The notes under the pieces are model-generated. The model saw only the letters and a program-made list of their open reading frames with translations, ran no database searches and had not been told where the DNA came from. A stretch of 64,000 bases of DNA, taken from positions 128,001 to 192,000 of the forward strand of contig JAHQWJ010000014.1 of NCBI GenBank assembly GCA_029856125.1. Reading direction: 5' to 3'. This stretch comes from Promethearchaeia archaeon. Its GTDB lineage: Archaea; Asgardarchaeota; Lokiarchaeia; Sigyniarchaeales; SOKP01. Positions 8,968-19,400 of the stretch are shown here, piece by piece (position 1 is the stretch's first letter; each line of letters opens with the position of its first letter). The position numbers were made by a program, and so were the translations under genes.

Positions 8968-9936
8968 CTAAATTGAATGTGTGGTTTTTAATGTAGAAAA
9001 AAAGTCTGTTAAATCGATATTTCCGCCGCTTATTACGATTCCAATCCTTTTGTTTTTAATTAAAGGTGATTCTATGTTACCGCTCAATATGCCTGCCAAA
9101 GGCACTGCTCCTGAAGGTTCTACCACTATTTTCATACGCTCCCAATAGAATTTCATAGCGTCAATTATCTGTTCCTCTTTAACTGTAATTATGTCATCTA
9201 CAAACTCCTTAATTATAGGAAATGTTTTTTCTCCTACTGAAGTTCGTAAACCGTCCGCAATTGTATTCGGATTTTCTACAGGTACCCTTTCTCCTAGTTG
9301 AAACGAGCGATAGGCGTCATCAGCATTCTTGGGTTCCACACCCACGACCTTGATGCTGGGGATTAACCCTTTTGCTGCAATTGAACACCCACTAATCAAT
9401 CCCCCCCCCCCAACAGGAACTAGTAGTAGATCAAGTTTTCTTACAGCACTAATGAATTCATATGCAGTTGTTCCAGCACCAAAAATTACGCGATAATCAT
9501 CGAAGGGGTGAACTAGTTTATACTCGTATTTTTGAACTAATTCCTCTGCCATTTTTGCTCGATCCCCAGGATTATTGCCGCATAATACAACTTCTGCTCC
9601 GTACTCTTTCGTTGCTTGAATCTTCGAAGGTGTAGCGTTGTTAGGCATAACTATAGTTGCTTTCGTATGTATAATCTTGGCAACTAATGCTACGGCTTGA
9701 GCAAAATTTCCTGAAGAATGGGTGATAATTCCGTTCTTTCTTTCAGTTGAGGATAGGCGGCTAATAACGTTCCAAGCACCCCTAAACTTAAAGGAACCCG
9801 TTCTTTGGAAGTTTTCACACTTAATTACTACTCTTTTAGCACTGATCATAGAATCCAAGGTCCTACTTGTCATAATAGGGGTTCTATTCGCTGCATAAGA
9901 GACTATTTTTGCCGCATTTTTTATGCCTTTAAAAAT
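8968..9936 (-). CDS. PLP-dependent serine/threonine dehydratase (serine-racemase-like), probable ATT start
   Basis: KCENFQRTGSFKFRGA, SSGNFAQ, PVGGGG, ADGL, VEPSGA and SGGN motifs. The conserved N-terminal helix plus RTP lies upstream of the first ATG (9873). Confidence 0.93.
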   Translation of the reverse strand: MFKGIKNAAKIVSYAANRTPIMTSRTLDSMISAKRVVIKCENFQRTGSFKFRGAWNVISRLSSTERKNGIITHSSGNFAQAVALVAKIIHTKATIVMPNNATPSKIQATKEYGAEVVLCGNNPGDRAKMAEELVQKYEYKLVHPFDDYRVIFGAGTTAYEFISAVRKLDLLLVPVGGGGLISGCSIAAKGLIPSIKVVGVEPKNADDAYRSFQLGERVPVENPNTIADGLRTSVGEKTFPIIKEFVDDIITVKEEQIIDAMKFYWERMKIVVEPSGAVPLAGILSGNIESPLIKNKRIGIVISGGNIDLTDFFSTLKTTHSI

Positions 9937-10108
9937 CGTTTTTCACCTTTTTAACTCCTTATGTATGAAAGTTAATCTTAATCATTGTTTTTATTTCTAT
10001 AATATTTTGTAGATACATTACTTAAAACGTGTGTAATCTTAAAAAAAATCTCATATTGATAAAGTTTGAGGGGAAAATTATAAATAATAGAGTAGCTAAT
10101 ACGATTAT

Positions 10109-10921
10109 ATGCCGTACGTAGAACTTGATAAAGGGTATAAAATACATTATTTAGAAAAAGGTAAGGGAAAAAATTTAGTTCTTATTCATGGTTTTTTAGG
10201 TTCTTCCTGGTTATTTGAAGCTCAGGTAGATCATTTTTCAAATAATTATAGAGTAATCGCCATTGATCATTTAGGGCACGGGAAAAGCGATAAACCAGAA
10301 TCAGAATCGTATGAATTGGAGGAATTAACGCAATTCCTTGACGAGACCTTATCAAAAATAATTGGCGACGAAAAAATAATCCTCGTGGGACATTCGATGG
10401 GTGGTATGATAAGTTTAATTTATGCAACTAATCCAAAGCTGGCTAAAAGATTAGAAGGGTTGATCTTAATGGCAACAGCGCCTAAATTAAACAATCCGGG
10501 ATTAGTTCAATATGTCGAAGATTTGAAATCTGGAGCAATGTCCCTTAAGGATAGACAAACGATCGAAACCATTTTTGTTGGCCTGTGCTTCCAGCGCAAA
10601 GCAAGAAAAGAGCAAACAGAATTAATTAAAGAGTTTGTTGATAGGACACTTGAAAATGAGGATTTTGTAGGGTTACGAACAATGGAATCAATTGTAAACA
10701 ACTTTGACGTGGAAGATAAGTTAAAATCAATAAGCGTTCCCACTCTAATTCTTACCGGTGATAGGGATTTATTCATACTGCCTTCCGAAGCAGAATCTAT
10801 GAATAATTTGATACCAAACTCTACATTGACAGTCTTCACTCCAAAAATTGGACATATGATTCAATACGAGGCGACCGAACAATATACAGATACAGTTGAG
10901 AATTTCTTAAAAAACATATAA
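10109..10921 (+). CDS. Alpha/beta hydrolase
   Basis: HGF, DHLGHGKS, GHSMGG, GDRD and GHM motifs. Confidence 0.93.
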   Translation: MPYVELDKGYKIHYLEKGKGKNLVLIHGFLGSSWLFEAQVDHFSNNYRVIAIDHLGHGKSDKPESESYELEELTQFLDETLSKIIGDEKIILVGHSMGGMISLIYATNPKLAKRLEGLILMATAPKLNNPGLVQYVEDLKSGAMSLKDRQTIETIFVGLCFQRKARKEQTELIKEFVDRTLENEDFVGLRTMESIVNNFDVEDKLKSISVPTLILTGDRDLFILPSEAESMNNLIPNSTLTVFTPKIGHMIQYEATEQYTDTVENFLKNI

Positions 10922-11022
10922 AATTTTCTTTTATTAAATTATTACCTTTTTTTTAAGAGAACTATTGTGTCATCAGTAGCAAATTTATGTAATGCATCTT
11001 CATTTGTTTTAAAACAAAATAT

Positions 11023-11718
11023 TTAGATAAAAATAACTTTCTCGAAAAGAAAGTAGAAAAACGATGCGCTCCCAAGATACAATAGCATTATACCAAAAGC
11101 GACTACAATTAGCATTAAGTAGTGTTGATTTTTTGCCTTTTGAAAATAATAAAATGTGCTCAGACCGAGTATTACTTCAGGTATAATTATGTAGACGGCT
11201 AAGTGATCGAAAAACAAGGTGACATTTTGAGGATACCACGATTGAAGCATCCACATAGTTTGTTCGGAAAACACAAAAATATTAAATGAAATTAATCCTA
11301 CGACAATAAGGGCCTTCAAGTGAGAATAATTTTCTTGAAGCTTCAAACCAATAAAACAAAGTAAAAATAAAGGGATAGCCCATAATCCTACCATATATCC
11401 CGAAACAGTCCCAATTTTAAAAAGACCATCCTCGGGAAAGACTAATATGTTTAACTGAGCCGATAGGAACCAATCTGGCCATATTTGAAACAGTGAAATT
11501 AAAAACACAAAAACCCATAGCTTTACCCATTCACTATCTTTTCGGAACAAACCTACTAATGGAATCAGCAAATTATAACTAGCTACAAGTATAAACAATT
11601 TAATCCCTATAGCAATTGGGATTGGTATGATTAACACAGCGAAGCATAAACCTATGAAAATAAGATGGACAATAATAAAATCCCTAGTCGATTTTCCTGT
11701 ATTTGCGTTTTTCTCCAT
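11023..11718 (-). CDS. Multi-pass membrane protein of unknown function
   Basis: About 7 TM segments; PDWFLS...LVFP motif. Confidence 0.7.
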   Translation of the reverse strand: MEKNANTGKSTRDFIIVHLIFIGLCFAVLIIPIPIAIGIKLFILVASYNLLIPLVGLFRKDSEWVKLWVFVFLISLFQIWPDWFLSAQLNILVFPEDGLFKIGTVSGYMVGLWAIPLFLLCFIGLKLQENYSHLKALIVVGLISFNIFVFSEQTMWMLQSWYPQNVTLFFDHLAVYIIIPEVILGLSTFYYFQKAKNQHYLMLIVVAFGIMLLYLGSASFFYFLFEKVIFI

Positions 11719-11794
11719 AATGTTACCAATATTAAAGAAATATATATACTTTTAAAATTTTAAACTCTAAATAAACATAAAAACTTAAAAAAAA

Positions 11795-12631
11795 GTGATA
11801 TTTATGGGAATTGATGTAAAACAGTTAAGAGAAGACTTCAAAGAACCTCACGATCTAGTTAATACTTCGGATGGAATAACATTATTTTTAAGAAAATGGG
11901 AATCCCAGAGTCCATCAAATAAGGCTATTCTCATTCTCCATGGGATTACAGCTTACAGTGGACCATATGAGCCGTTTGGTAAAGCAATATCAAGAGCAGG
12001 ATTTACTGCTGTTGGCTTAGATTTAAGAGGACACGGGTTGTCTGACGGTAATAGAGGCGATTATCCTAGTAAAGAGAGGTTAATAAGCGATCTTGTAGAA
12101 ACTATCTCATACTTAAAGAAGCAGTTCAGTACGCTATTGCTATTTGGACACAGTCTTGGAGTCCTCACTGCGTTAATAACAAAAAAGAATAGCAACGAAA
12201 AAATTGACGGATTAATTTTAATGAGTGCAGGAAAAACTTTTAATCCAGGGGTTTACAAAAAGCCTTCAGTTCTACAGAAATTAAAAATACTAGTTAGTTC
12301 AATCTTTCAACCTAGTAAACCTGTAATAAATTATTATCGAGAGGGTATTTCAGGCTTAGACGATCCGTTATTCAATTTTAAATATACATTACGATTTATG
12401 AGGCTAGCAAGTTTTCAAGATTTAGACCTTTCAGAAGAAATAGACTGCCCTGTAATATTAGGAGTTGGAGAGCACGACGAAATATTCTCTATTGAGTCAG
12501 CTCAATCACTACTTGATGAAATTCTTTCTAAAGACAAAACCTTTTTTGTAATGCCTGGTGCTAAGCATGCTGTAGAATTTACTGAAGAGATTTTTAAAGA
12601 TCTCAAATCTTGGTTGATTGCTAAATTCTAA
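11795..12631 (+). CDS. Alpha/beta hydrolase, lysophospholipase/monoglyceride lipase-like
   Basis: LHGITAYSG, DLRGHGLSDG, GHSLG, AKH. Confidence 0.9.
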   Translation: MIFMGIDVKQLREDFKEPHDLVNTSDGITLFLRKWESQSPSNKAILILHGITAYSGPYEPFGKAISRAGFTAVGLDLRGHGLSDGNRGDYPSKERLISDLVETISYLKKQFSTLLLFGHSLGVLTALITKKNSNEKIDGLILMSAGKTFNPGVYKKPSVLQKLKILVSSIFQPSKPVINYYREGISGLDDPLFNFKYTLRFMRLASFQDLDLSEEIDCPVILGVGEHDEIFSIESAQSLLDEILSKDKTFFVMPGAKHAVEFTEEIFKDLKSWLIAKF

Positions 12632-12667
12632 TGAAAAAATTTAAGTAACTGATTAATGTGATTTGGT

Positions 12668-13516
12668 TTGACAAAGGAAATTAAAAAAGTTGGAATTGTT
12701 GGAGCTGGTTTTACCGGAAAACAGATAGCAGCTCAAACAGTTCAAAATAACTTCGTAGTAAAAGTGTATGATATTGATTCAAAAGTTCTAGAAGACGCTA
12801 AAAAATACATCACAGGAGTTCTAAACCGTAAAAAGCTGATGGATGCAATCCAAGATGTTTCGTACTATTCAGATTTAGATAAGATGTTGAAAGATGTTGA
12901 TCTCGTGATTGAAGCAGTTCCAGAAAATCTGGAGTTGAAAAAGAAAATTTTCTCGCAGATAGATAATCTCGCACCCGCTCACACGATAATAGGGACAAAT
13001 AGTTCTTCTTATCCCGTGTCGAAGATTGAGTCTGCAGTTAAAAGAAAAGATAAAGTACTAAATTTACACTTTTACCCTCCGATACCGATTCGCCCAATGG
13101 TTGATATTATGCGTGGCTCTGAAACGAGCGAAGAAACTTTTGAAATTGGAAAGAAGTGGATAGAAGACATTAAGTGTGAGCCTCTTGTGGTTAATAAAGA
13201 ATGTTTGGGATTTGTATTCAATAGAATCTGGCACGCTGTAAAAAAAGAATGTTTAAAAATATGGGACGGAGGATACGCCGATATAAAAACAGTTGATACT
13301 GCTTGGAAAATCTTTACTGGAATGAAAATGGGCCCATTTACTATGATGGATGGTGTTGGATTAGACGTTGCATATGCAGTTGAGATGTCGTATTACGAAG
13401 AGAGTGGAGACCCAAATGATAAACCACCTGATGCTCTTAAAGAGCTGGTAGAAAATGGGGATCTAGGTTTAAAAACGGGAAAAGGGTTTTACACTTTTAG
13501 AAGAAGAAAGAAATAG
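12668..13516 (+). CDS. 3-hydroxyacyl-CoA dehydrogenase family protein
   Basis: GAGFTG, IEAVPENLELKK, TNSSS, LHF, GFVFNR, MGPF, GLKTGKGFY. Confidence 0.95.
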   Translation: MTKEIKKVGIVGAGFTGKQIAAQTVQNNFVVKVYDIDSKVLEDAKKYITGVLNRKKLMDAIQDVSYYSDLDKMLKDVDLVIEAVPENLELKKKIFSQIDNLAPAHTIIGTNSSSYPVSKIESAVKRKDKVLNLHFYPPIPIRPMVDIMRGSETSEETFEIGKKWIEDIKCEPLVVNKECLGFVFNRIWHAVKKECLKIWDGGYADIKTVDTAWKIFTGMKMGPFTMMDGVGLDVAYAVEMSYYEESGDPNDKPPDALKELVENGDLGLKTGKGFYTFRRRKK

Positions 13517-13528
13517 TGTTTTTTTTCA

Positions 13529-14461
13529 TCAATTTAAAATTAAAACTAAAACCCAGATAAGACCAAAACTAATGATAATTGTAAGATTTACAACCATGGT
13601 AACCAATTTTTGATCGTATCCATTTTCTACAGAAAAGGGGATAACAGCAAGACCCACTGGAAGGATCAAGGAGAGACAAATAATTATTCTGAATAGATGG
13701 TTGAAAATGCTTGGTGGTAATAAGAAAAACAAGCTTAACCCTACGAGAAGGCCCACGCCATATCTTAATACCAAAACTTTGATTATTGAAATCCATTCCG
13801 CTTTTCCAAATTTAAAGTGAAGAAATACGCCTAACAATAACAAGGCTAAAGCTGAATTCGCCCTCGCTAAGATATCTAATAGTTCAGAGAAAAAACTCGG
13901 AATTACAATTCCAGAGAAATTGATAATTAACGCAACAATATAGCTTAATATAGGAGCAGATCTAATTATTCTCTTTAAAATGTATTTAACATTAATCTTT
14001 ACAACATTCTCTTGGTTTTTTGGAGAATAAATAGTTGACAAAATATAACATACTATAAATATCGTGAAAGCGTTTCCTGCGTCAAAGAGAGCGATATATT
14101 GCATGCCAGATTGACCCCAAATGCCTTCTACTAAAGGGAAAAAAAAATTCGCTACATTGAACCCTATCATTGTCATAATCATAGCTCCTTTTAGATTAGG
14201 TGGATGTTTTCGAAAAACTAATAACGCAATAAATGTCATAAAAAAGCCAAAAACTATGCCGATTAAAGGTAATAGAACCAACGATAGTTCGAATTGAATC
14301 GTAGTTGTAACTTGAATTATGACGGCAGGAAGAGTGATGTTAAAGATAATTTTTGCTATTGTATCTCCATCCGTTTCTTTTAAAATGTTTAATTTTTTAA
14401 CTAAATAACCAATAGCGACAATCGAGATTGATAGTAAAAAAATTTCGTTTACGTCAGTCAT
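13529..14461 (-). CDS. AEC (auxin efflux carrier) family transporter
   Basis: About 10 TM; NITLPA, N..F..P and LALLLLG motifs. Confidence 0.85.
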   Translation of the reverse strand: MTDVNEIFLLSISIVAIGYLVKKLNILKETDGDTIAKIIFNITLPAVIIQVTTTIQFELSLVLLPLIGIVFGFFMTFIALLVFRKHPPNLKGAMIMTMIGFNVANFFFPLVEGIWGQSGMQYIALFDAGNAFTIFIVCYILSTIYSPKNQENVVKINVKYILKRIIRSAPILSYIVALIINFSGIVIPSFFSELLDILARANSALALLLLGVFLHFKFGKAEWISIIKVLVLRYGVGLLVGLSLFFLLPPSIFNHLFRIIICLSLILPVGLAVIPFSVENGYDQKLVTMVVNLTIIISFGLIWVLVLILN

Positions 14462-14574
14462 ACTCTCTTATTTTTCAGTCCTGTATACTTAGTAATTAAA
14501 ATATTCAAAATAATTAAATAATTATCTAACGTGTTTTAATAACATATAGAAATTATAATAATTGTTGAAGATAA

Positions 14575-15489
14575 ATGAAACCTAACCTTTTAACAGACAA
14601 AAAAGTTATAATTACTGCTGCGATTACGGGTGGAATTCACGGTAAATGGGCTAATCCATGTTTACCATTAACTGCTGAAGAGCAAGCGCAAGATGCTTTA
14701 GAATGTTACGAAGCGGGAGCGTCTATTGTTCATATCCATGTTCGTGGAGATGACGGTCAAAATACACCTGATTTAAACTATTACGGTAAAACCGTCAAAC
14801 AGATTGGGGAAAAATGTCCTATGATTAGACAAATAGGAAATGGCATTGGTGCGCGAGTCGTAGAACATAAATTCACTACTAAGTCTGGCAAAAGAAGAAC
14901 TACGACTGAAATTGTCCAACCTTCCTTAGAAGAACGATTAAATCTTCTCAATATAGATCCTGAACCTGAGATGCACACCATTAACGCCGGATCATTTGAA
15001 TTTAGAACGCCTTATGGAGGATCTTTGTTCAAAAACCCGCAAGATTTCAATCGCAAATATATCAAAAGATGCAATAAAAAGGGTTTTGGTATAGAAATTG
15101 AAGTTTACGATTCAAGTCACATTACTAATGTGTTAGAATTTGTCGAAACAGGTTTACTAAAACCTCCCTTACATTTTAGCTTAGTTTTAGGAATTAAAGG
15201 AGGCGCCGAAGCTAATCCCGCTAATTTATTACGCATGATTGATCAATTACCTGAAGGTTCAACGTGGCAAGTTGTTACTGTTGGTAAATTTAATTTACGA
15301 ACGACAGTAATGGCTATGTGTATGGGAGGAAATGTGCGAACTGGTTTAGAAGATACTATTTATTATGGAAAAGGCGAGTTGGCTCAGAATAACGCACAAT
15401 TGGTCAAGCGAATGGTTAGAATAGCCAACGAAATCGGAAGAGAAGTTGCCACTGTTGATGAAGCTAAAGAAATTTTAGGAATAATATAA
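14575..15489 (+). CDS. Beta-keto acid cleavage enzyme (BKACE/DUF849, Kce-like)
   Basis: IITAAITG, AGASIVHIHVR, GGNVRTGLED, NAQLV. Confidence 0.93.
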   Translation: MKPNLLTDKKVIITAAITGGIHGKWANPCLPLTAEEQAQDALECYEAGASIVHIHVRGDDGQNTPDLNYYGKTVKQIGEKCPMIRQIGNGIGARVVEHKFTTKSGKRRTTTEIVQPSLEERLNLLNIDPEPEMHTINAGSFEFRTPYGGSLFKNPQDFNRKYIKRCNKKGFGIEIEVYDSSHITNVLEFVETGLLKPPLHFSLVLGIKGGAEANPANLLRMIDQLPEGSTWQVVTVGKFNLRTTVMAMCMGGNVRTGLEDTIYYGKGELAQNNAQLVKRMVRIANEIGREVATVDEAKEILGII

Positions 15490-15594
15490 AAATCGTTGAA
15501 GTTATTCAACGTGACTTATTTTTTAGACACTATTGTAATTTTGTACTAACATTTATTAATTGAAGTTAGATCACAATATATAGCACTATTAAGA

Positions 15595-16047
15595 GTGAAT
15601 CTGATGAGTAGAAAAAAATTAACTTGGTTTGGATTTAATTTAACACAGAAGCAGGCGGTATCCATATTTATATTATCAATTGCAGGACTCTTCATTTCAG
15701 CATTTTTGTTTATGACGATGTTGTACCCATTAATGATGAACATCATGTATAACGATCCTTATTATTATCCGGATGATTACTTTATTATGATGCTTTTTAG
15801 CATGCTTCCTTATATGTTTGTATTTTGTGGCGTATTTGTATTAAGTCTTTATTCCTTGATTCGATGCAGAAAAATAGCTAAATATTACTCTCCCTCAATT
15901 GATCCTGTGATAGAAGAGAAACCAAAATCCTCTCATACTGAACAAAAACCGAAATCCATTGCCCAATTTTGTTCTAACTGCGGAGAAATGAAAAAAAGTC
16001 ACGAAAAATTTTGTACTAATTGTGGACATCAAATAGGGTATCAATAA
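15595..16047 (+). CDS. 2-TM membrane protein with C-terminal zinc ribbon
   Basis: Two TM helices; FCSNCG...KFCTNCG. Confidence 0.85.
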   Translation: MNLMSRKKLTWFGFNLTQKQAVSIFILSIAGLFISAFLFMTMLYPLMMNIMYNDPYYYPDDYFIMMLFSMLPYMFVFCGVFVLSLYSLIRCRKIAKYYSPSIDPVIEEKPKSSHTEQKPKSIAQFCSNCGEMKKSHEKFCTNCGHQIGYQ

Positions 16048-16083
16048 AAAAAATAAAAAAAATAAAAATAGTTGAGTTTAAGC

Positions 16084-17490
16084 TCAGATTTTTTTCAATT
16101 CTTCTCTTATGCGTTCAAGTCTTTCTCCATGTAAACCATAAGATTTCATGGCTAGAAGTCCAATTACAAGTGCGATGCTAGGAAAGATAACCATTATAGC
16201 TTTTAGACCTAATATAACTAAATATGGATCTGAAGGTAAGGGATCAAATTGTTTGTCCCAACCTATATTTCCAAACATAAGTCCAATAGTTAAAATGACT
16301 AAGATTATTGAGATTCGATGAATAAATGCGTTAATTCCATAAAAGCTTGCAGATCGCTTAACTCCGAATTTAACTGCGTCTTCGTCAATAACGTCAGCGT
16401 GTAAAATATCTACGTAAAACAATGCTCCCGACAATGGAAATCCTTGAAGTGCTATAAGAAGAATAAATGCGATTTGAAATGCTTCTCCAGTTATAAATAA
16501 GAATGGAAACAGTGTACAAATCCAAATTCCTAATGTTATCATGAAAGCTTTTCGCATTCCGTATTTCAAGCCTAATTTTTTGTGAATTGGCAATACAAGG
16601 GCAGCAATGACAAAAGCCAACATAAGCGCTATCCCGACTATAAGCGAACCTCCTCCTGCAAAAAGAGAACCTCCAATAACGAATTCAGCGTAAATGGGGA
16701 TAATCATCGGTAAAATGCTAAAACAATACCAAACTGCTGTATTTGCTACAACAAATTTTACAAATGTTTTGTTTGTTAGTGTAATTTTCATTGATTTAAA
16801 AAACGATGGTCTTTTTTCAAAATCTTCTGCTTTTTCTACTTTTTCTTCAATGCCCTTCAAGAGAAACGGTATTGAGATTAAAATCGTAAAAACGGCTACG
16901 ACGATCGCCATCATAAAATATTCGCTTTTAGCGAGGGGAATTGCGGCGTCTGCTGGAACATAATCCGAAATAAATATCATCGGAATAAGCGAGCTTAAAA
17001 TTAAGGCAACTACGGTTAGGCCTTTTATAAATAAATTAGCAGAAGCTCTCTTCTTCTCATTTGGGAACATTTCTGGGAAAATTGCGTTCACATTTACATC
17101 AAACATAGTATAGAAGAACTCAAAGATAACAATCGTCGTTAAAAAGTAAATAAACTCAAGCATTTTATCACTTGTATTGAATGGCACATAGAACATTAAA
17201 ACTACCATAGCGCATAACGGAATTATCGAAATGAGTAGATAAAACTTTCTTTTACCCCACTTTCCTCTATGTTTCGTCCTTTCCGAGAGTGCTCCGAGCA
17301 TTGGATCGTTAACTGCATTCCATATACCCCAAAGAACATATGTAATTATCATTAAATCCAAAGGTATTTTGACGACTGTAAAATAGAAGGTGAAAATCAA
17401 GAATTGAAAGATTTGGTAAGTAAGCTGATCTGGAAATGCACTAAGCCCAAAAAGGAATTTCTTCTTAAATGTTAATTTCTCTTCACTCAT
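16084..17490 (-). CDS. MFS transporter, GPH (MelB-like) family
   Basis: WNAVNDPMLGALSERT, WGKRK, ADVIDED; about 12 TM. Confidence 0.92.
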   Translation of the reverse strand: MSEEKLTFKKKFLFGLSAFPDQLTYQIFQFLIFTFYFTVVKIPLDLMIITYVLWGIWNAVNDPMLGALSERTKHRGKWGKRKFYLLISIIPLCAMVVLMFYVPFNTSDKMLEFIYFLTTIVIFEFFYTMFDVNVNAIFPEMFPNEKKRASANLFIKGLTVVALILSSLIPMIFISDYVPADAAIPLAKSEYFMMAIVVAVFTILISIPFLLKGIEEKVEKAEDFEKRPSFFKSMKITLTNKTFVKFVVANTAVWYCFSILPMIIPIYAEFVIGGSLFAGGGSLIVGIALMLAFVIAALVLPIHKKLGLKYGMRKAFMITLGIWICTLFPFLFITGEAFQIAFILLIALQGFPLSGALFYVDILHADVIDEDAVKFGVKRSASFYGINAFIHRISIILVILTIGLMFGNIGWDKQFDPLPSDPYLVILGLKAIMVIFPSIALVIGLLAMKSYGLHGERLERIREELKKI

Positions 17491-17799
17491 TTTTAATACC
17501 TAAATTCTAATTAAATTTTAATTGAGTTTGATTACATTATATTTTATTTAAAATTATGCTTAATTAAAGTCAAAAAGGAGCTCTTAAAAGGTTAACTCAG
17601 ATATTCTCTTCTAATGATGTTCAATTATATTATCTTCTTACATTTAAGTTTAAATAGAATTAATTGGGTTAAAACCTACGAACAATCAATAGCAAATGCT
17701 GTTTTTTTAAAAAATGAAACATATATTTTAAAACAAGGAATTTATATTTTTTAATACTACATATGAAAAAACTAATATACGAAAAAGAGAAGAAAAACG

Positions 17800-18597
17800 A
17801 TGAAAATTATTGATATTGAAGGCGTAGGAGAAAAATACGCAAAGAAACTAGAAAAAGCCGCTATTGCAAATGTTGAAGACTTAATACCGTTAAAATGGAG
17901 CGAAATTAAAGAGCTTGCTAAAACAACTAGTATTTCTTTAAAATTACTTGAAAAATGGCAAGATCAAACAGAATTAATGGTTATTAAAGGTGTTGGTCCT
18001 GAATATTCAGAAGTTCTAAATAAAGTTGGCATTGATTCTACAAGAGAACTTGCCTATCGAAACCCTAAGAACACGTTAGAAAGCATTGTTAAGTTTGATA
18101 AGGAACAACCTGACGTTATAAGAAAAATCCCTAAAGTTGAAGAAATTGAGGATTGGATTAACAAGGCAAAAGAACTCAATAATGTGAAGAAAACTAAGAC
18201 AATCCCTAAAGAAACCCCAATTATTGACATCGAGGGAATCGGTAAAAAATACGGAAAAACTATGGAAAAAGCAGGGTTTCTTGATGTTGAGAGTTTAATA
18301 GGATTAGACAGAGATGGAATTAAAAAATTAGCAGAAAAAACAAAGATTTCCGAAAAATTACTGGATAAATGGGCAGAACACGCTGATTTAATGAGAATTG
18401 ATGGCGTAGGTCCTGAATATGCCGAGGTAATTAATGAAATTGGAATTGACTCGGTTAAAGAATTTGCTCAACGTAACCCTAATAACACTTTAGATCGAAT
18501 AGTGAAATTAGATAAGGAAAAGCCTGATATGTTTAGAAAACCTCCAACATTAAGCATGATTGAAGATTGGATTGAAGAAGCTAAAAAAATTAAATAA
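17800..18597 (+). CDS. Tandem DUF4332 helix-hairpin-helix protein
   Basis: Two copies of IIDIEG(V/I)G..Y...L...LM.I.GVGPEY.E...G. Confidence 0.88.
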   Translation: MKIIDIEGVGEKYAKKLEKAAIANVEDLIPLKWSEIKELAKTTSISLKLLEKWQDQTELMVIKGVGPEYSEVLNKVGIDSTRELAYRNPKNTLESIVKFDKEQPDVIRKIPKVEEIEDWINKAKELNNVKKTKTIPKETPIIDIEGIGKKYGKTMEKAGFLDVESLIGLDRDGIKKLAEKTKISEKLLDKWAEHADLMRIDGVGPEYAEVINEIGIDSVKEFAQRNPNNTLDRIVKLDKEKPDMFRKPPTLSMIEDWIEEAKKIK

Positions 18598-18682
18598 CTA
18601 TTTCTATAATACATTTTTCTTTTTTTTATATAAAACATAATTGTTTCTATAAGCTAAATAAATAAAGGAGTTTACTTAAAAA

Positions 18683-19267
18683 ATGGCAGATTTAAATTTA
18701 GAAGTAACATATTTTGAAAAGGGAGGACCTCAAAATACACAGAAGGCGTTGGAAATAGCAAAAAAATACGCAGATCAATTTGGTATAAAGGATATCGTTA
18801 TCGCCAGCACCACAGGAACATCAGCTGAAAAAGCTGCTGAAATTTTTAACCCAAAGGATTATAACATAATGATCGTGACCCATGCCTATTATTTTGTAAA
18901 TAGTACAACAAGACAAGAATTTCCTGAGGAAAAATTGAATAGTCTTAAGGAACTTGGCTTAAAATTTCATATTGGGACGCATTCAATGAGTGGCATTGAA
19001 AGAGGAATACGATTGAAAAAAGAGGCTTGGCAATTTGTCGATTTATTAGCTAAGATGTTAGGATACCACTTCAGTCAAGGAGTAAAGGTATGCATAGAGA
19101 TATCCGCTACAATTTGCGATGCAGGACTAATCCCTGATCTTGAAAGAGACATAATTGCAGTTGGAGGCACTGGTAGAGGCGCTGATACTGTATGCCTAAT
19201 TAAGCCTGCTCCAACGAGTGATTTTAAAAATCTTAGAGTTAAAGCAATTTTTGCTAAACCTCTATAG
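18683..19267 (+). CDS. Pyruvate kinase C-terminal-like (MTH1675/DUF1867) protein
   Basis: YFEKGGPQNT, VIASTTG, SQGVKVCIEI, GGTGRGADT. Confidence 0.88.
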   Translation: MADLNLEVTYFEKGGPQNTQKALEIAKKYADQFGIKDIVIASTTGTSAEKAAEIFNPKDYNIMIVTHAYYFVNSTTRQEFPEEKLNSLKELGLKFHIGTHSMSGIERGIRLKKEAWQFVDLLAKMLGYHFSQGVKVCIEISATICDAGLIPDLERDIIAVGGTGRGADTVCLIKPAPTSDFKNLRVKAIFAKPL

Positions 19268-19400
19268 TTTTATTGAAAAAAGAAAATTTAATTTTCTACT
19301 TTTTATTTTTTGAACATTCTAAGGAAGTGTGAATCCGACGACACAAAATTAATAAGAAAATGGATTATAAAATCTATTAATTAAAATTATCTAAATAAAA

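Noticed and set aside
16045-16070. AAAAAAAT-type short tandem repeat
   Set aside because: Best explained as the poly-T terminator of the convergent minus-strand MFS gene
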